Shown: positions 26,197 through 40,385 of the stretch, piece after piece
Numbering within the stretch: the stretch's first letter is position 1
How the letters are laid out: each line of letters begins with the position of its first letter
NCBI GenBank assembly: GCA_964016885.1
Contig: CAXHJY010000941.1
Span: forward strand, 124,001 to 188,000
DNA from: Eledone cirrhosa
Taxonomy: Eukaryota
DNA length: 64,000 nt
Reading direction: 5' to 3'
Notes under the pieces: generated by a model
Database searches by the model: none
What the model was told of the DNA's origin: nothing
The model's input: only the letters and a program-made list of their open reading frames with translations
Position numbers and translations under genes: made by a program

Positions 26197-26200
<4 letters not shown>
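25633..26200 (+). mobile_element. Non-autonomous bipartite RTE (BovB-type) element: 5' UTR fused to the extreme 3' end
   Basis: RTE 5' UTR-like motif TCTAGGAGAAGGAAAACTCTGA; end encodes a C2H2-like CRVCTRVFKSLAGLKSHTRSAHQ*; diverged relative at 51320-51680. Confidence 0.65.
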
Positions 26201-26254
<54 letters not shown>

Positions 26255-26365
26255 ATATATATGTATGTATATATATATAAATGAAAGTATAGAAATTATT
26301 GTGAGCATGAAGACAACAGTATTTCATAATATATAAGTTATAAGTGTATATATATATATATATAT

Positions 26366-28692
26366 GAGGTTTTCAGGATTGCTAGGCAATGTGTCAAGGA
26401 AAACTGTGATATTGTCGGGGAGAAGTGTGTACTTAACGACGATGGCACACTTGCCATCACCGACGCTGATAAGAAGGTAGCTTGGAAGTGTCACTACGAA
26501 AGGCTACTAAATGAGGAGAATAAATGGGAGAAAGACAGTCTCCCCCACATCGATCCAATAGAGGGACCAGCAGTGTTAGTCGAAGGTAGTATAATAAGTA
26601 AGGCAATCAAAGATATGAAGACGGGTAAGGCGGCTGGGCCTTCGGAAATAGTTGCTGAGATGCTGAAAGCCTCCGGTATGGTGGGACACACCATGGTCAC
26701 CCGGATAGTAAACCAAGTCATATAGAATGGGGTTGTTCCGAAGGACTGGCATAGCAGCATCATCGTTAACTGTTACAAGGGTAAAGGAGACGCCCTAGAT
26801 AGGAGTAACTATAGAGGCATTAAATTAATCGACCAGGTCATGAAGGTCACGGAAAAAGTAATAGCGCAACTAATCAGAGAGAGAATTGATCTAGATGAAA
26901 TGCAGTTCAGGTTTGTGTCAGGAAAAAGTACCACAGACGCTCTTTTCATTGTACGACAACTACAGGAGAAGTACCTAGCTAAAAGTAAACCCCTATACTT
27001 AGCTTTTGTCGACTTGGAGAAAGCCTTCGACAGAGTCCCCTGTTCCATTATCTGGTGGGCTCTTAGAAAACTAGGTGTTGACGAATGGCTTGTAAGAGCC
27101 ATACAAGCCATGTATAAAGAAACAGTCAGCAAGGTTAGAATTAACAACGAATATAGTGAAGAGTTTAGCGTAAAAGTTGGTGTCCATCAGGGCTCTGTTC
27201 TTAGCCCCCTACTATTTATTATTGCCCTTCAGGCTATAACAGAGGAGTTCAAGACCGGCTGCCCATGGGAACTCCTATACGCAGATGATCTAACGCTCAT
27301 CGCTGAATCAATGGCCGAGCTAGAGAAGAAATTCCAAACATGGAAGCACGGCCTAGAATCAAAAGGCCTTAAAATTAACCTGGCTAAGACTAAAGTTCTA
27401 GTTTGTAGGAAAGAAAATAAGGCGCCGGTCCCCTCCGGGAAATGGCCATGCTCAGTGTGTAGGAAGGCGTAGGTAGAAACTCCATTTTATGTCCCAAATG
27501 CAAAGTATGGGTGCATAAAAGATGTAGTGGGATCACAGGTAAGCTAACTAAGAACATAGATTTTACATGTGGCCAGTGCTCTGGTGCAATAAGTAGCAGC
27601 AAGTGCCCACAAAACACTAACTCTTTCACTTGCGCAGAGGGTTCTATAGAAATAGTGGACAGCTTCCATTACCTGGGTGACAAAATCAGCAGTGGGAGAG
27701 GGTGCTCTGAAAGTACAGTAGCTAGAGTCAGAACTGGATGGAAAAAGTTCAGAGAGCTTATACCACTATCACCCACTAAAGGGTTCTCCCTAAAAATGAA
27801 AGGCAGGTTGTATGATGCCTGCATACGAACAGCAATGTTGCATGGCAGTGAGACCTGGGCATTGTGTGCAGAGGATATACGCAGACTAGAGAGGAACGAA
27901 GATTGCATGCTCCGCTGGATGTGTAATAGTAATATACGTGAACGGCAAAGCATAAACGAACTAAGCAAAAAATTAGACATAAGAGGGATCAGATGTTGTT
28001 TACTTGAGAGAAGGCTACGTTGGTATGGTCACGTGATGCGCATGAAAGACGACAGCTGTATAACAAAGGGCAGGGCAATAAAGATAGATGGTAGCCACGG
28101 AGTAGGCAGACCCAGGAAAACCTGGGACGAGCTGATAAATTCCGACCTCACACACTTACACCTCTTCAAGACAATGTCACTGGACCAAGACCTTTGGCGG
28201 TACTCAGTAACAGAGAAGACCCGCCTCACCTAAATACAAAGTAAAACCTACTAGTCAGTAGGCATCTCTAAGAAAATACACCCCCGTCCCACCCCATCCA
28301 CACCGCCCCCTTCAATGCAAAGTTATGTTGGTGCCACAACATCCAGGCCGAAACAAACGAGATCGTGTAGGTGTCACGACAAAAAAACACACAGTCCACG
28401 CTGTAATGTGACCGTGTAGGCAACATGGTAAAAACCTCCCAGTCCCACACTGTAAATGTGGTTGGTGTTAGGAAGGGCATCCAGCTGTAGAAAACCCGCC
28501 AGACAGTCCACGCTGTAATGTGGCCGTGTAGGCAACACGGTAAAAACCTCCCATCCCCACACTGTAAATGTGGTTGGTGTTAGGAAGGGCATCCAGCTGT
28601 AGAAAACCCAAGACAACCACTCTTGCCTCAAGTGGGAAAACCCATGCAAGCGTGGAACAGGGACGTTAAACGATGATGATGATGATGATGAT
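26366..28692 (+). mobile_element. RTE-clade LINE family A, copy 2 (5'-truncated)
   Basis: ORFs 26840..27472 and 27511..28233 with RT motifs; 3' UTR; (GAT)n tail; flanked by (TA)n. Confidence 0.95.
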
Positions 28693-29250
<558 letters not shown>

Positions 29251-29440
29251 TATATTAATAAGAACGATGAAGTTCGATTTACATTTATTTAGACTTTTAT
29301 TGTGTACCGACCTGTTATCGATCTGGTCTTCAGACTGGCGATGCGACAAAACATATAGTATTTGTTGTGACTTGTATGTGGGTGCTGGAGTGCAATAGGT
29401 AGGGTAACTTTGTGTGTATATATACACCTGTATATTCATA

Positions 29441-29740
29441 TTGATTACTGACACATGGAAAGTGATTAAAGATAAAAATGGTATTTCCTATATCAGTTAT
29501 GTTGCTATAATAATGCTTTCTTTATTTGCTATAATAATAAAATCACTTTCCAATTACAAAGCCCTTGTTTCTAATTCTACATTTGTCCCTGTAAATAGTT
29601 ATTTCTCTAAAGTCATACAATTAATCTTGAATGTCATTTGTACATAAATACTGAACAGGCAACCATTAAGTTATATCCTAGAAATAAATTATTAAAATAC
29701 CATTTTTATCTTTAATCACTTTTCATGTGTCAGTAACCAA
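29441..29740. mobile_element. MITE or foldback element with ~46-bp terminal inverted repeats
   Basis: 29441-29486 versus 29695-29740, 2 mismatches. Confidence 0.7.
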
Positions 29741-31942
29741 CATAAATTATAAGGTTTCTCTTATGCAAATCATGTTTATCAGAACTTACATTTCCCAGTT
29801 TGTATGATTGTTCATATATCCAATGATCCTGTTATGTACGGCATAACATTGATGGACTCCAAAAACTTAACTACATTCAAAACTATTGCTGGCATGGGTC
29901 TACTGGTCATCAATATTATTATTATTTTTTTGTTGTTCATGTAATTGTTCTTGTTTAGAAAATTTGTAAGTATAGAGTTAGACAATCTATATGCTTTGCA
30001 TGCAACCATTAAATTTTATTTATTTGGTCAGCAGCATAACTTAATTCAGCATTCTAGCCATTTCCGCACCATCTTTATTATAGCTGTACTATCTTAAGTA
30101 GTGAAACTTAAAACACGTGGTCTTTATTTTAAAAACAAAGTGTTTATAATACAATAAGCAGAGGGAAATGTTTGAAGAAGAGCAGTAATAAGATATCTTA
30201 GATAAAGGAGATAGACTAATCTTAGCCATTGCAGTAAACCCAGACACATAACATTCATGTATTTTCAGGATGGGTAATCAACTTCAAAGTTACACTTTTT
30301 GTGGAGTACAAAGTAATAGATTTAATTGCATTGTAGCTGTAGACAAAAACTATTATCTTTTTACTTCAGTTAACCTTACTGGAAAGTGGTTTGTGCTAGG
30401 AAGGTTTTTGCTGATAAAGAAAAAAAAAACTTTATTGCATCAACATATTTGCAGAAACACCTGTAAATTTAATTAATTTTCACATTTTGGTTTATTTGTC
30501 CATTCAGCAACTTTTTCTGTAAGTCACAGAATACTTATAAGCCTTTAGCTTAATTCAGAAAGTATTTTGGTAGATTTAGTAGGCATGTTGAAAGTCTAAT
30601 GAAACTTGAAATATGATAATCTTATTGCTGTTTATGTGTTTTGATTGAGTTGGGTTTAAGCCAAAAACAATATTTAAACGTGCTTTTATATATTAACCTA
30701 AACATAATAGATAAAATATTTAATGTATGAAGAAAAATGTATGAAGAAAACTGAATAAACAAATATTGATAAACGTTAAGGAATATATTAAACAAATGTT
30801 ATACAAACTAAGGAATATTTATATAAAAATGAATGCTTAAACTGAAAAAAAAATCATTATCATCATTTTACATTCATTCTTTCATCCTAGCATGAGATGG
30901 ACAAGACTTTTTAAAGAAGCTTTCCTACAGCCAGATGTTTTTTTAATGAAATTTGACTTTTTATAGGAACATTGAGATGTAATAGATGTCATGACCTCAG
31001 TAGAATTTGAATGCAGAGTGAAGACAACTGGAACAAATATCAAGGCCTTTTTAAAATGACACCCTAGCCAATTTGCTCCCTATTTATGCCTATTAGTTCT
31101 GAAATGAACAGTAAATAAATATAACCAGATGCAATACATTAGTTCAGTGATATACAATATCTCCTAGGTAGACCTCCAGTGGTCCATACCAAAGTTTTGA
31201 TGAGTGATGTCCTGTGTTGCACAATGCAATTAAAAGTAAATTTATATTTGGGAGCCTACCTTCTGAAAAAAAAATCTTTCATGAACTCTGTGGTCTACTA
31301 TCTGAAAATGATTATTTGTCATGTTCTAGTTGACAAACTGTTGCCACTGCTCTTTTCTACTGAGTGGTTGGTATTTTGGATTTAGGAAAAGGTTATAACT
31401 GTAAAACTAGACAATTATTTACAGGGGTCATACAAATATTAAATATCAACAATCATACTGCAACTAATACTCTTGTGGGAAAACAGAGGTAAAGCTTTGA
31501 AAAGAAGAATTATTTACATAACCAAGAATAGTTACAACATAACCAAAACTTGAAATATAGGCTCTGTGTATTGAGCCAGTATCTTATTTTAAAGTTTCCT
31601 TTATAATTCTAGAGAACATATATCAGAACATTTAATCATTTCGCTTCCATCTATATATATATAGATGGTAACCAAAAATCATAAACAGAAATAGATGGTA
31701 ACCAGAAATCATAAACAAGAGTGAAAAAAACACACAAAAGACCTCTTTTCATCTCTCTCTCTCTCTCTCTCACACACATACATATCATCATCACCGTTTC
31801 ACGTCCATTTTTCCATAGGTTAGACGAGTATATATATTTATACACACATTGGTTGACTAGGGGTTAAACAAAGCAATTACAACAGCAGAGGGACAAGGGA
31901 GCTTTTACATTGATCAACTTGCTAGAAATAGCAGTGGGCTAA

Positions 31943-32367
31943 CCCTTTAGTATTTACATTACTTTATATATACTATTATATTTTTATGGTAAAGGATTGG
32001 TGGATTGGCAGTATCAGTAGAGGGTCGGACGCCATGCTTTCCAGCATAGTTACGTCCTTTTACAATCTGAGTTCAAATCCTGCCGGGGTTGACTTTGCCT
32101 TTCATCCTTATAGGGTCGATAAAATAAAGTACCAGTAATGCACTGGGTAATTGCTGGCCTTGTGCCTAAAGTAGAAATAATTATATTTTTATGGTAAAGG
32201 CTTTATCTCACATAATTATCTCACATAATATGGAATCTTTGAGATTTTGATATTTATTTTGAGAACAATAACTTAACATCAGTTTGAGCAGCCGGTTACA
32301 GCCGGTTTGAACAGAAAGAGGTGAGAGAATTCTGGTGCTGGATATGGCTGGTTTGAATGCTAAAGGG
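31943..32367. mobile_element. piggyBac-type MITE family 1 interrupted by a SINE
   Basis: CCCTTTAG...CTAAAGGG|TTAA; reverse-complement homolog of 1597-1805. Confidence 0.8.
31996..32179 (+). mobile_element. SINE family A with 21-bp target-site duplication
   Basis: ATTATATTTTTATGGTAAAGG at 31975-31995 and 32180-32200. Confidence 0.9.
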
Positions 32368-34955
32368 TTAAACAACAATGGCAATTGAAAAACAAACCTC
32401 TACGATCACACAGTCAGCTAGAAATAATCATTAAATTTCCTTCAAACTGCACTCTTCTGTCTTTAAAAATGAAATGACAAATCTAATAATTTAATACCTG
32501 GTGAATAATAATACAGGATGGTCATAGCTAGAATGTGTTTGTAGATAGGTAGGTAGGTATTACTAAGAAAATATCTATATATGATTTTCAAATATATTTG
32601 AAAATTCTCAATGATTTTGAGAGATTTATAACTAACTTTTTTATTATTAAGTTTGTGTTTAAAACATAACTTAAAGGTTCTTACATAAAATTATGATGAA
32701 GGTTTTTTTAAAATAAATGTAAACACTTTAAAATAAACAGCTTTGTATCATAGAACCAGGAGCTAGTTCAGGTGGTTTTGTGTCAAAAAGGTTATGGTTT
32801 CTGTTACTAATATAGCACACTATTATTCAGTGTTCTTCACTGTGCACTAATGAGCCATGTCAAAGCCATTGAATTATCTGTCTTTGCAAAAAGACCACAA
32901 CTGTGCCATTAATTGAATGCAAGCTACTGTTCCATCAGTTGACAGGTTGTTATTTTAATGACTTGGTAAATAGCTACTCTCTCTCTCTCTCATTAGTATT
33001 ATCAAACATGTGAAAATTTGTCACTCTACTTGCTAAAGATAAAACTCACTTCCAGCTGCAAGTTTTCATTCAATTTTTAATTAACTTAAACTTCAGAGTT
33101 GTCTCACTTGTATTTTTGAGCAGAATTAATCATTATGTAATGATTTTATTATAATTTTGGGAGTAATTATAATTAATAAAACATTTTTTGCTCACTACAT
33201 TAAATATGTTAATTCACACTTAATATAGTGATAGGTTAACATAGTAATAGGTTTGGTATGAAAAAAACAGAGAGATCAAACTTTGTGACATTCATGTGTT
33301 CTTGCATCCATATACAAAGTATTCAATAGTGTATTATACATAATAGTTCTACTGATATTGGCATTGTTTCCATGACACAAAGTTTAAATTTTCTATTCTT
33401 CAAACTAATACATTTATGTAAATATAAAATTTATAGAAAATATTCTATGAATTTAATAACCTTAATAAATCTAACTCAATAATCACTACAGAGCCACATA
33501 AAATAATCAAGAATATATTTTATTTATTGGATTAGTCTGGAGGAAGGGATTGGGCTCGTGGTTTTTGCATTCCTTTCAAGACTGGTGGGAAAAACATGGA
33601 CAAAGAGATTTTCAAAGAAACAATATTCTTAGGAAGAAGGAATAGGCATGCTGGCTAGTACAGACCTTGGGAAGGAGAGTGGTCACAATGTGGATACCAA
33701 ATGGAGAAGAAGCCAGTATATATAACAGTAAAAATGACAAAGTGAGGAGATAAACAGTACATATGTAGGTGAAAAGCTAGAATATGTTGGAGAATAACTT
33801 CATACCAATCAGATGAGTTACCTTTTTTTGTAGATAGAATTGAGGACAACTGTATATGTTGTAGTAACAGTTGTGGATGCAGTACTTCAATGTGTGTCTC
33901 ATTGTTGATACTGTAAATACCTGACATATTCATCTTCAAATCGATTTTTAAATTACAGTTTTGGAAATATTTTTTTTTTTGACAGATATAATAGAAAATT
34001 GCTAACCTTCCTTAGCAATAAAGATATATGGTAAATGTGCACTCATAGTAATCTTATATTAATTTATGATATATGGAGGTTCATTGGTTGGCTTTTGAAA
34101 CGAGTATGTATATAGAAAACATGATTTCTATTTTAGTAAACATATCAGGAAATCTATACATATCATATCTTAATAAGAAACCTATCATACCAAATACAGT
34201 CCCTAGCAAAATATACACAGCATCACAGGAAAGTAAAATATTCACAGTTTGATTCATATTCCAAATATGCTGCTGTAGTAACAGCAAAGAATTTTTCTCC
34301 AATGGTGTTGTTGTTTATAGATGTGCTTAAAATGTTTAAACAAATATTGATGAATATATAATTTTAGATATGGTTCCTTTCTTTTTAACATAAACAACAC
34401 CATCAATTTAAAATAAAACATTCTAATTTAGTTTAAATTTACACAGAAGTAGGTTAAAACATACAAAAAGTTCTGATTTATGGTCTTTAAGTGATGGAAA
34501 TATTCTTTTCCTTGCTGAAGTAATATCTAGATGGAAAAAAACTACCAATTTACAAAATTACATTGTGTTGTGTAAAATCCTATCAATAGTATAAAACTAA
34601 TACAAAATTGCAATGTAAAAATTATTTATATGAGAATAATACACACAAATGTCCATTTATTATTTGTAAAATATGCGTAAAATTTTGCTTACAAAGCATA
34701 ATCAAGAACATTTTCTTAATATTACCACTACTAAAAATGTGAAGGCTAAGGGGTAGAGTTGTTGGATTACCAGCCAAAGCCATGAGTTTAATTTTCTACC
34801 AACCTAGGTGCTGCTTTCATTTCATAGTTGAGTGCTAACTATTAGGAAAAGTATCAAGAATTATCACCCAGAATAGTTCTTTAGTAATTAATTTATATTC
34901 AGAAGTTAATCTATGGATGTATGCATATGTGTGTCTATACATATATATCTACCAA

Positions 34956-35023
<68 letters not shown>

Positions 35024-35030
35024 TACTTAC

Positions 35031-35061
<31 letters not shown>

Positions 35062-35189
35062 CGCCACCTACGGAAACGTCTTATTGAGTCAAACAACGCC
35101 GTATGCTAAAACTATCCACAATATGAAGTATTCACAACCTCTAACTGGATTACCTATAATGATATTTTATTATCTCTTATATATATATC

Positions 35190-35570
35190 ATTATCATCAT
35201 TTTACGTCCGCTTTTCCCTGCTTGCAAGGGGTGACGGGAACTGATTCTGGCTTGATTTATACAGCTGGATGCCCTCCTAACACCAACCTCATTTACAGTG
35301 AGTGGCTGGGTGCTTTTTTTCCGTGGCGCTGCACGTCCATTTTACAGTGTGGACTGGGTGCTTTTTTTGCCGTGGCATCTCCACAACCATTTTGCAGTGG
35401 AATGATATGGATCCCAGTCTCTATCATCTCATTTCTACAGCTGAGTAAACTGGAGCAATGTGAAATAAAGTGTCTTGCTCAAGGAAACAACACATCACCC
35501 GGTCCGAGAATTGAACTCACAACCTTTCGATTGCAAGGCCAATACTCTAACCACTAAGCCATTTGTCTCC
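35190..35570 (-). mobile_element. SINE family B (extra internal repeat unit)
   Basis: Reverse complement of the 4297-4643 type. Confidence 0.85.
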
Positions 35571-35984
35571 ATATATATATATATATATATGTAATGGCTT
35601 ACATTTTTTAACACGTTATCTTACTTTCATCTTGCTGTTTTTCTTCCTTTTTTCTTTTGTTTCATTTATGACTCCCATGCTATAAAATGCACCACACTTT
35701 TTCTTTGATGCCACATACAATTGTATGTGTACTTGTAGCTTAATTGCTATAAATTAATGTTTTGTCTCTCATCTCTTACTCCATTGGACAGCTTTTGGCT
35801 TATGTTAGATGCTGTGATCCTGGATGGACCAACAGTAACAGCCTGGAGTTCCGTGTCCTTTGTATGTTTATTTAAAAAAAATAATTTTTTAAGGTATCCC
35901 CTTAAAAAATTGATTTTCGTTTTGCCTTGTTTCCTTTCATTGTCTTGTCCTCTCTGTTAAAATTTTTTAAAGATTATTTATATA

Positions 35985-37290
35985 TTGTTATACTTTTGGA
36001 AGGTCATACTGCCAATAGAAACACATGCATCTATTGGTTTTCACTTCAATCTATTACAAATATCTAGTTGATTGGTTTGATAACTGGAAGGTTGTTTGTG
36101 TATTGTTAAAGCTCTTTCATCATACATTCTGGGACCTCCTCAGTGACTAATTTGTCATTTTGTGTATCTCCTTTGTTTTGTCCTACACCATCTTGTTTTT
36201 GTGTGCTGTGTATTTGGGTTGTGCATGCATTATATCCAGGTGTGTGTGTGTTTTTATTTATTTATTTATACGTTTATTTACTTGTCACTAGTTGGTTGCT
36301 TGTTCTATCTGTGTGTGTCTGGTTTGTTTTATTAGTTTGGTTCTTTTGTGTCTTTGTATGTGTTTATCTTGTCCTTAATTACTAGTTGTGATGTTGTTGC
36401 TATTCCACTCATGTTTTCTGTTTAATTTTGGCTGGAGTTCGTTTATGGTTGTCGCTTCTGTAATCTGTCAGAGCATTGCTTCTTTTCTCTGTGACCCAAT
36501 TTTCTATTTTGGCATGTTGGTGAAGTACTGATGAGTTTTTCCCACCCTGGAGTTTTCGCCAGTGTTCACTTATCCTTTCTCCTATGCTACGGGCCATCTC
36601 ACCTATGTAAGTTGTGTTCTTATTCCTACACTGTCCCTCCATATATCTTATGCTATATACTACGTTCCGAGTTTTGCAGTTAATTTGTGGGCTGAATTTG
36701 CAGGCTATACATTTCTTATCAGTGCAGGTTTTTTTTTTCAAAAAGATCCTTTTATGGGAATACCTGGTCTTTCAACTATCTTAATATTTAAATTTTGTTT
36801 GTCTAGAGCCCTTCTAAATCTGTAAGCTAGTTCGGCTCTGGGAGTTGCATTGATGGACACTACACTCTGATATTTATTGCTATCATACCACAAGTTAACT
36901 TATTAGTTTTCTTCTTAATTCTTTCTATCTCATTCCAAGATTCACTCCCAGACATGGGGCAAGTCCCATTTGCATCATTTTCTACAATCTTTGTCCTTTT
37001 GATCCTGGCTCCTTTATATACCCTGATCTCATCTCTCTGATTGTAGCCAGAGAACTGCATGCAGTGGATGAAGTGTTGCATGTGTCTCTCTAATTGTTTA
37101 GGATTGCACATGCAGGACACATTCCTCATCACTCTTACTAAATCTGCAATTAGTATGTTAACTTTCATGTTATCCAAAATGGTTGAGTCTTAGTGGATCA
37201 GGTTCTTGGAGGTCATGGGTTTGGCTTAATGTGAATGGAGGATTTGTATTTTATTTGTGTCTGGGGACATTTCAATTATGGGGTGTATGA
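35985..37290 (-). mobile_element. Penelope-like element relic: RT thumb, Cys linker, GIY-YIG endonuclease and terminal repeat
   Basis: ILIADLVRVMRN...MQFSGY (thumb); CTDKKCIAC...C linker; NVVYSI...TYIGEMARSIGERISEH (GIY-YIG); 3' repeat recurs at 58252-58465. Confidence 0.82.
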
Positions 37291-40203
37291 TCATGGAGAG
37301 GAAGCAGGAGAGTAATAAAGCATATGTATATAACATTGGTATTAATAATATCCTAAGATTTTAGGTCCTTTCCAAAACAAATATTAATAACATGTTTTAC
37401 GTGCTGGAATCTGGAAAAGACCAATACAGATGCAGTCTTTTACAGATATTTTGATAGTTAATAAAAAGCTATCTTATTTAGCAATAGATCTTTCTTGGTG
37501 AATCTTTCCATCTCTACTAGTGGAGGCATGGAGGTTAGTGGTTAGGTTGTTTGGTTCACAATCCTATGATCATGAGTTTGATTCCTACCCACACCAAGTG
37601 GCACATTGTGTCCTTGAGCAAGATGCTTTATTTCATGTTGCTCCAGTGGTCTGAGAACTTATCTCCCCTTTCTACTGTATTAATGATATTGAAAGCTCTT
37701 GTAACAGAACAAAATGATCTGTTGTTGAGACCACCTTCATTTCTCCACACCAGGAGGAGATGGAACTGCCCATGCTACTCCACCACCACACTATATCTAT
37801 TTTAAAGAATCAATATAGATAATCTTTGAAACATACAGTTAAGAAAATCATACAAGATATATTATATTTACATTATATAGTTACTTACATATATCTGTAG
37901 CTATATGTAAATAACTATTTTTATGAAGGGTTGTGTTAGGAATTAATTTATAGAAATTTCAAAAATTGATATGAGTATGAATGAGATTTTAGGATGTTTA
38001 TGGATTTGTCAAGGGCAACAACATTAACATATTGTCATTATGTTTGAAGGTGGAATTTGTATAAGCTTCTTTTTTATGCTTATAAAAATAATTTTAAAAA
38101 CTTTTTAAAGAATTAATTTCATTAACATTCAGTGTTTTATTGAAACATATTAGCTTCAATAAAAATGTTACTTGTTCATTTGAAGCTGAAGATTTTTTAT
38201 GGTAAGAGAATGGAAGAAATAATGTTGATTATTTACCCAAGTTATGTGAACACTTGTATCAACTCTCAATAATTCTGAACTCATTTCGAGGGAATTAGCT
38301 CCTCATCTGTATGCACAATACATTTTTGCTTCTCAAAAATAATATCAGACTCTGCTCAAGCTAGAATGCTGTTAGTTCTTATAAAACTTCTTTGTTTTAA
38401 TGGCTCCTTCAGAGGAGAAAAAGCAGTACCTATGATCTTTATATGGCTTCTGAGACTGGTCAGATAAAGGGAGGAAGTTAATTTGACCAAATGCCTAGCA
38501 GCAGTAGCTAATGCCGCCTGTAGACCAGGTGGTGCTGTTAAAGTGAGGGACATTTTAAGTCTATTACCCAATATCAGGAATTATTCCTATAACAGGCTTC
38601 TACACTGTTTCTGTGTTTCAAATTTCCAAATTTCTCTTGACTATGCTATAAGACGCTTGCCTAAGATGACATACAATGGAATTGAATGCTCTAAAGATAC
38701 CATCCAGCCCCTCCTTCTCAGCACTGCTGCCCTCTGAGTGTCTCCTTATCCATGTTTTCTTTTTTTTCTGAAAGCATTGACCAGCAAGTGTTGAAGCTGA
38801 GCATCAATCATCAGTCATCAATCAAGTTTCGGGGAGGGGTTACAAAGATTGAGTACTTCTCTACTGAGTCCTTTATAAAAGTAATTTTTTTAAATTCAAT
38901 CTTTATAAATAACAAAATATGTGATGTTATTTTCTCAATATTTTTAGAGATTTTAATTTTTTGAGAGAATTTACATTTTAGATTTTGAGAAATAAATAAG
39001 TTTGAATTTAAGATGTTTTGAGAGAAAATCCATAGATTTTGTAATTTAATGATTTCTATTTTTATGAAAAGAGAGTTGAATATGTAAATGCTTTGTAAAA
39101 TCGATAAAACATAAAGCTTGGAAAGTATTGTCCAGAATGAGACACAGATAAATATAAAGACCCAGTCTTCCATAATGCAACAATTCTAATAATAATTTTA
39201 AATATAGGCAAAAAGCCACACATTTTAGAGGGATGAAGAGTCAATTTAATCAATCTTAACTAAAACATATTTTATTGATCTTTGAAAAATAAAAGGAAAA
39301 AACTGCCATATTAGGATTTGTACTGCCATTTGCCTGGTGATAATAATAGCAATAAATGACTAATTAGTCATGTAAATCTAACCTAGTTAAGTTAGCCTTA
39401 ACATATCTAATGCAAGGAGCATTAAACAGCAAAGTAGAAATAATTAGGGAGTGTGATAAAAAGATTGTTAATGTCTAATATTACTTTAATACTTTAAGTA
39501 AGTATGGGAGATAATTCTGAGCAACTTTTAGTTATGTTATGAATGTTATAAGTGCATTAATGAAAAACAGATTTGACTGAATTACCCAAGTAGTGATAAA
39601 AGAACCACTAAATAAATTTACAAGACTATATCCAGGTTGACATAGAAAATAGGATTGCTTAGAGAATAAATGAGATCTTAAGATCAAAACATAACCCACA
39701 TTGTCTCCTGAAATATTTGAAATAATATTAGTCATTAACTAATACTGTTTTTTCCTCACTACATAATTATTTCTAGTTAGTGTTTTTTAATAGCACTGGC
39801 ATTGAATATATTAACACTATCATGACTATTGTCTTTTTCATTTTATCATCATTGATCATAGAGACATCTCATCAAGAAGTGTATTCGATTAAATGTAACT
39901 ATGTTCTAAAATAACTGTAGAAGCCTAACAAGAACATGGAAATTACGGTGTACTTGAATCAAAGAATCGCCATTGTTAGTCTGTGTCCTTCAATGATGCC
40001 TCCTTTGTCAGCCTCTTTGTGATTACTTTCATTGTCTACCATGGTATTTTCTCCCCCCTAACAACCATTCTTGAAGAACCATCAATACTAAACTTTTTAA
40101 AAGTACACTATATTGATCCCTAGACTGCTATCTTGCAGCTCCTTCTGATTATATTTCTTCTTGTAATTTTCCATACATATATTTGGCAGTTGATGACCTG
40201 ACG

Positions 40204-40385
40204 GTGGATTGGCAGTATCGGTAGAGGGTCGGACGCCATGCTTTCCAGCATAGTTACGTCCCTTTACGATCTGAGTTCAAATCCCGCCGAGGTTGACTTT
40301 GCCTTTCATCCTTACGGGGTCGATAAAATAAAGTGCCAGTAATGTACTGGGTAATTGCTGGCCTTGTGCCTAACGTAGAAACAAT
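40204..40385 (+). mobile_element. SINE family A (consensus-like copy)
   Basis: Full length, CpGs retained. Confidence 0.88.

Noticed and set aside
29300-29340. Minus-strand CUGAAGA hammerhead candidate
   Set aside because: GAUA instead of GAAA and stems do not pair convincingly
38356-38737. Overlapping short ORFs in a GC-richer patch
   Set aside because: No recognisable motif or convincing splice signals
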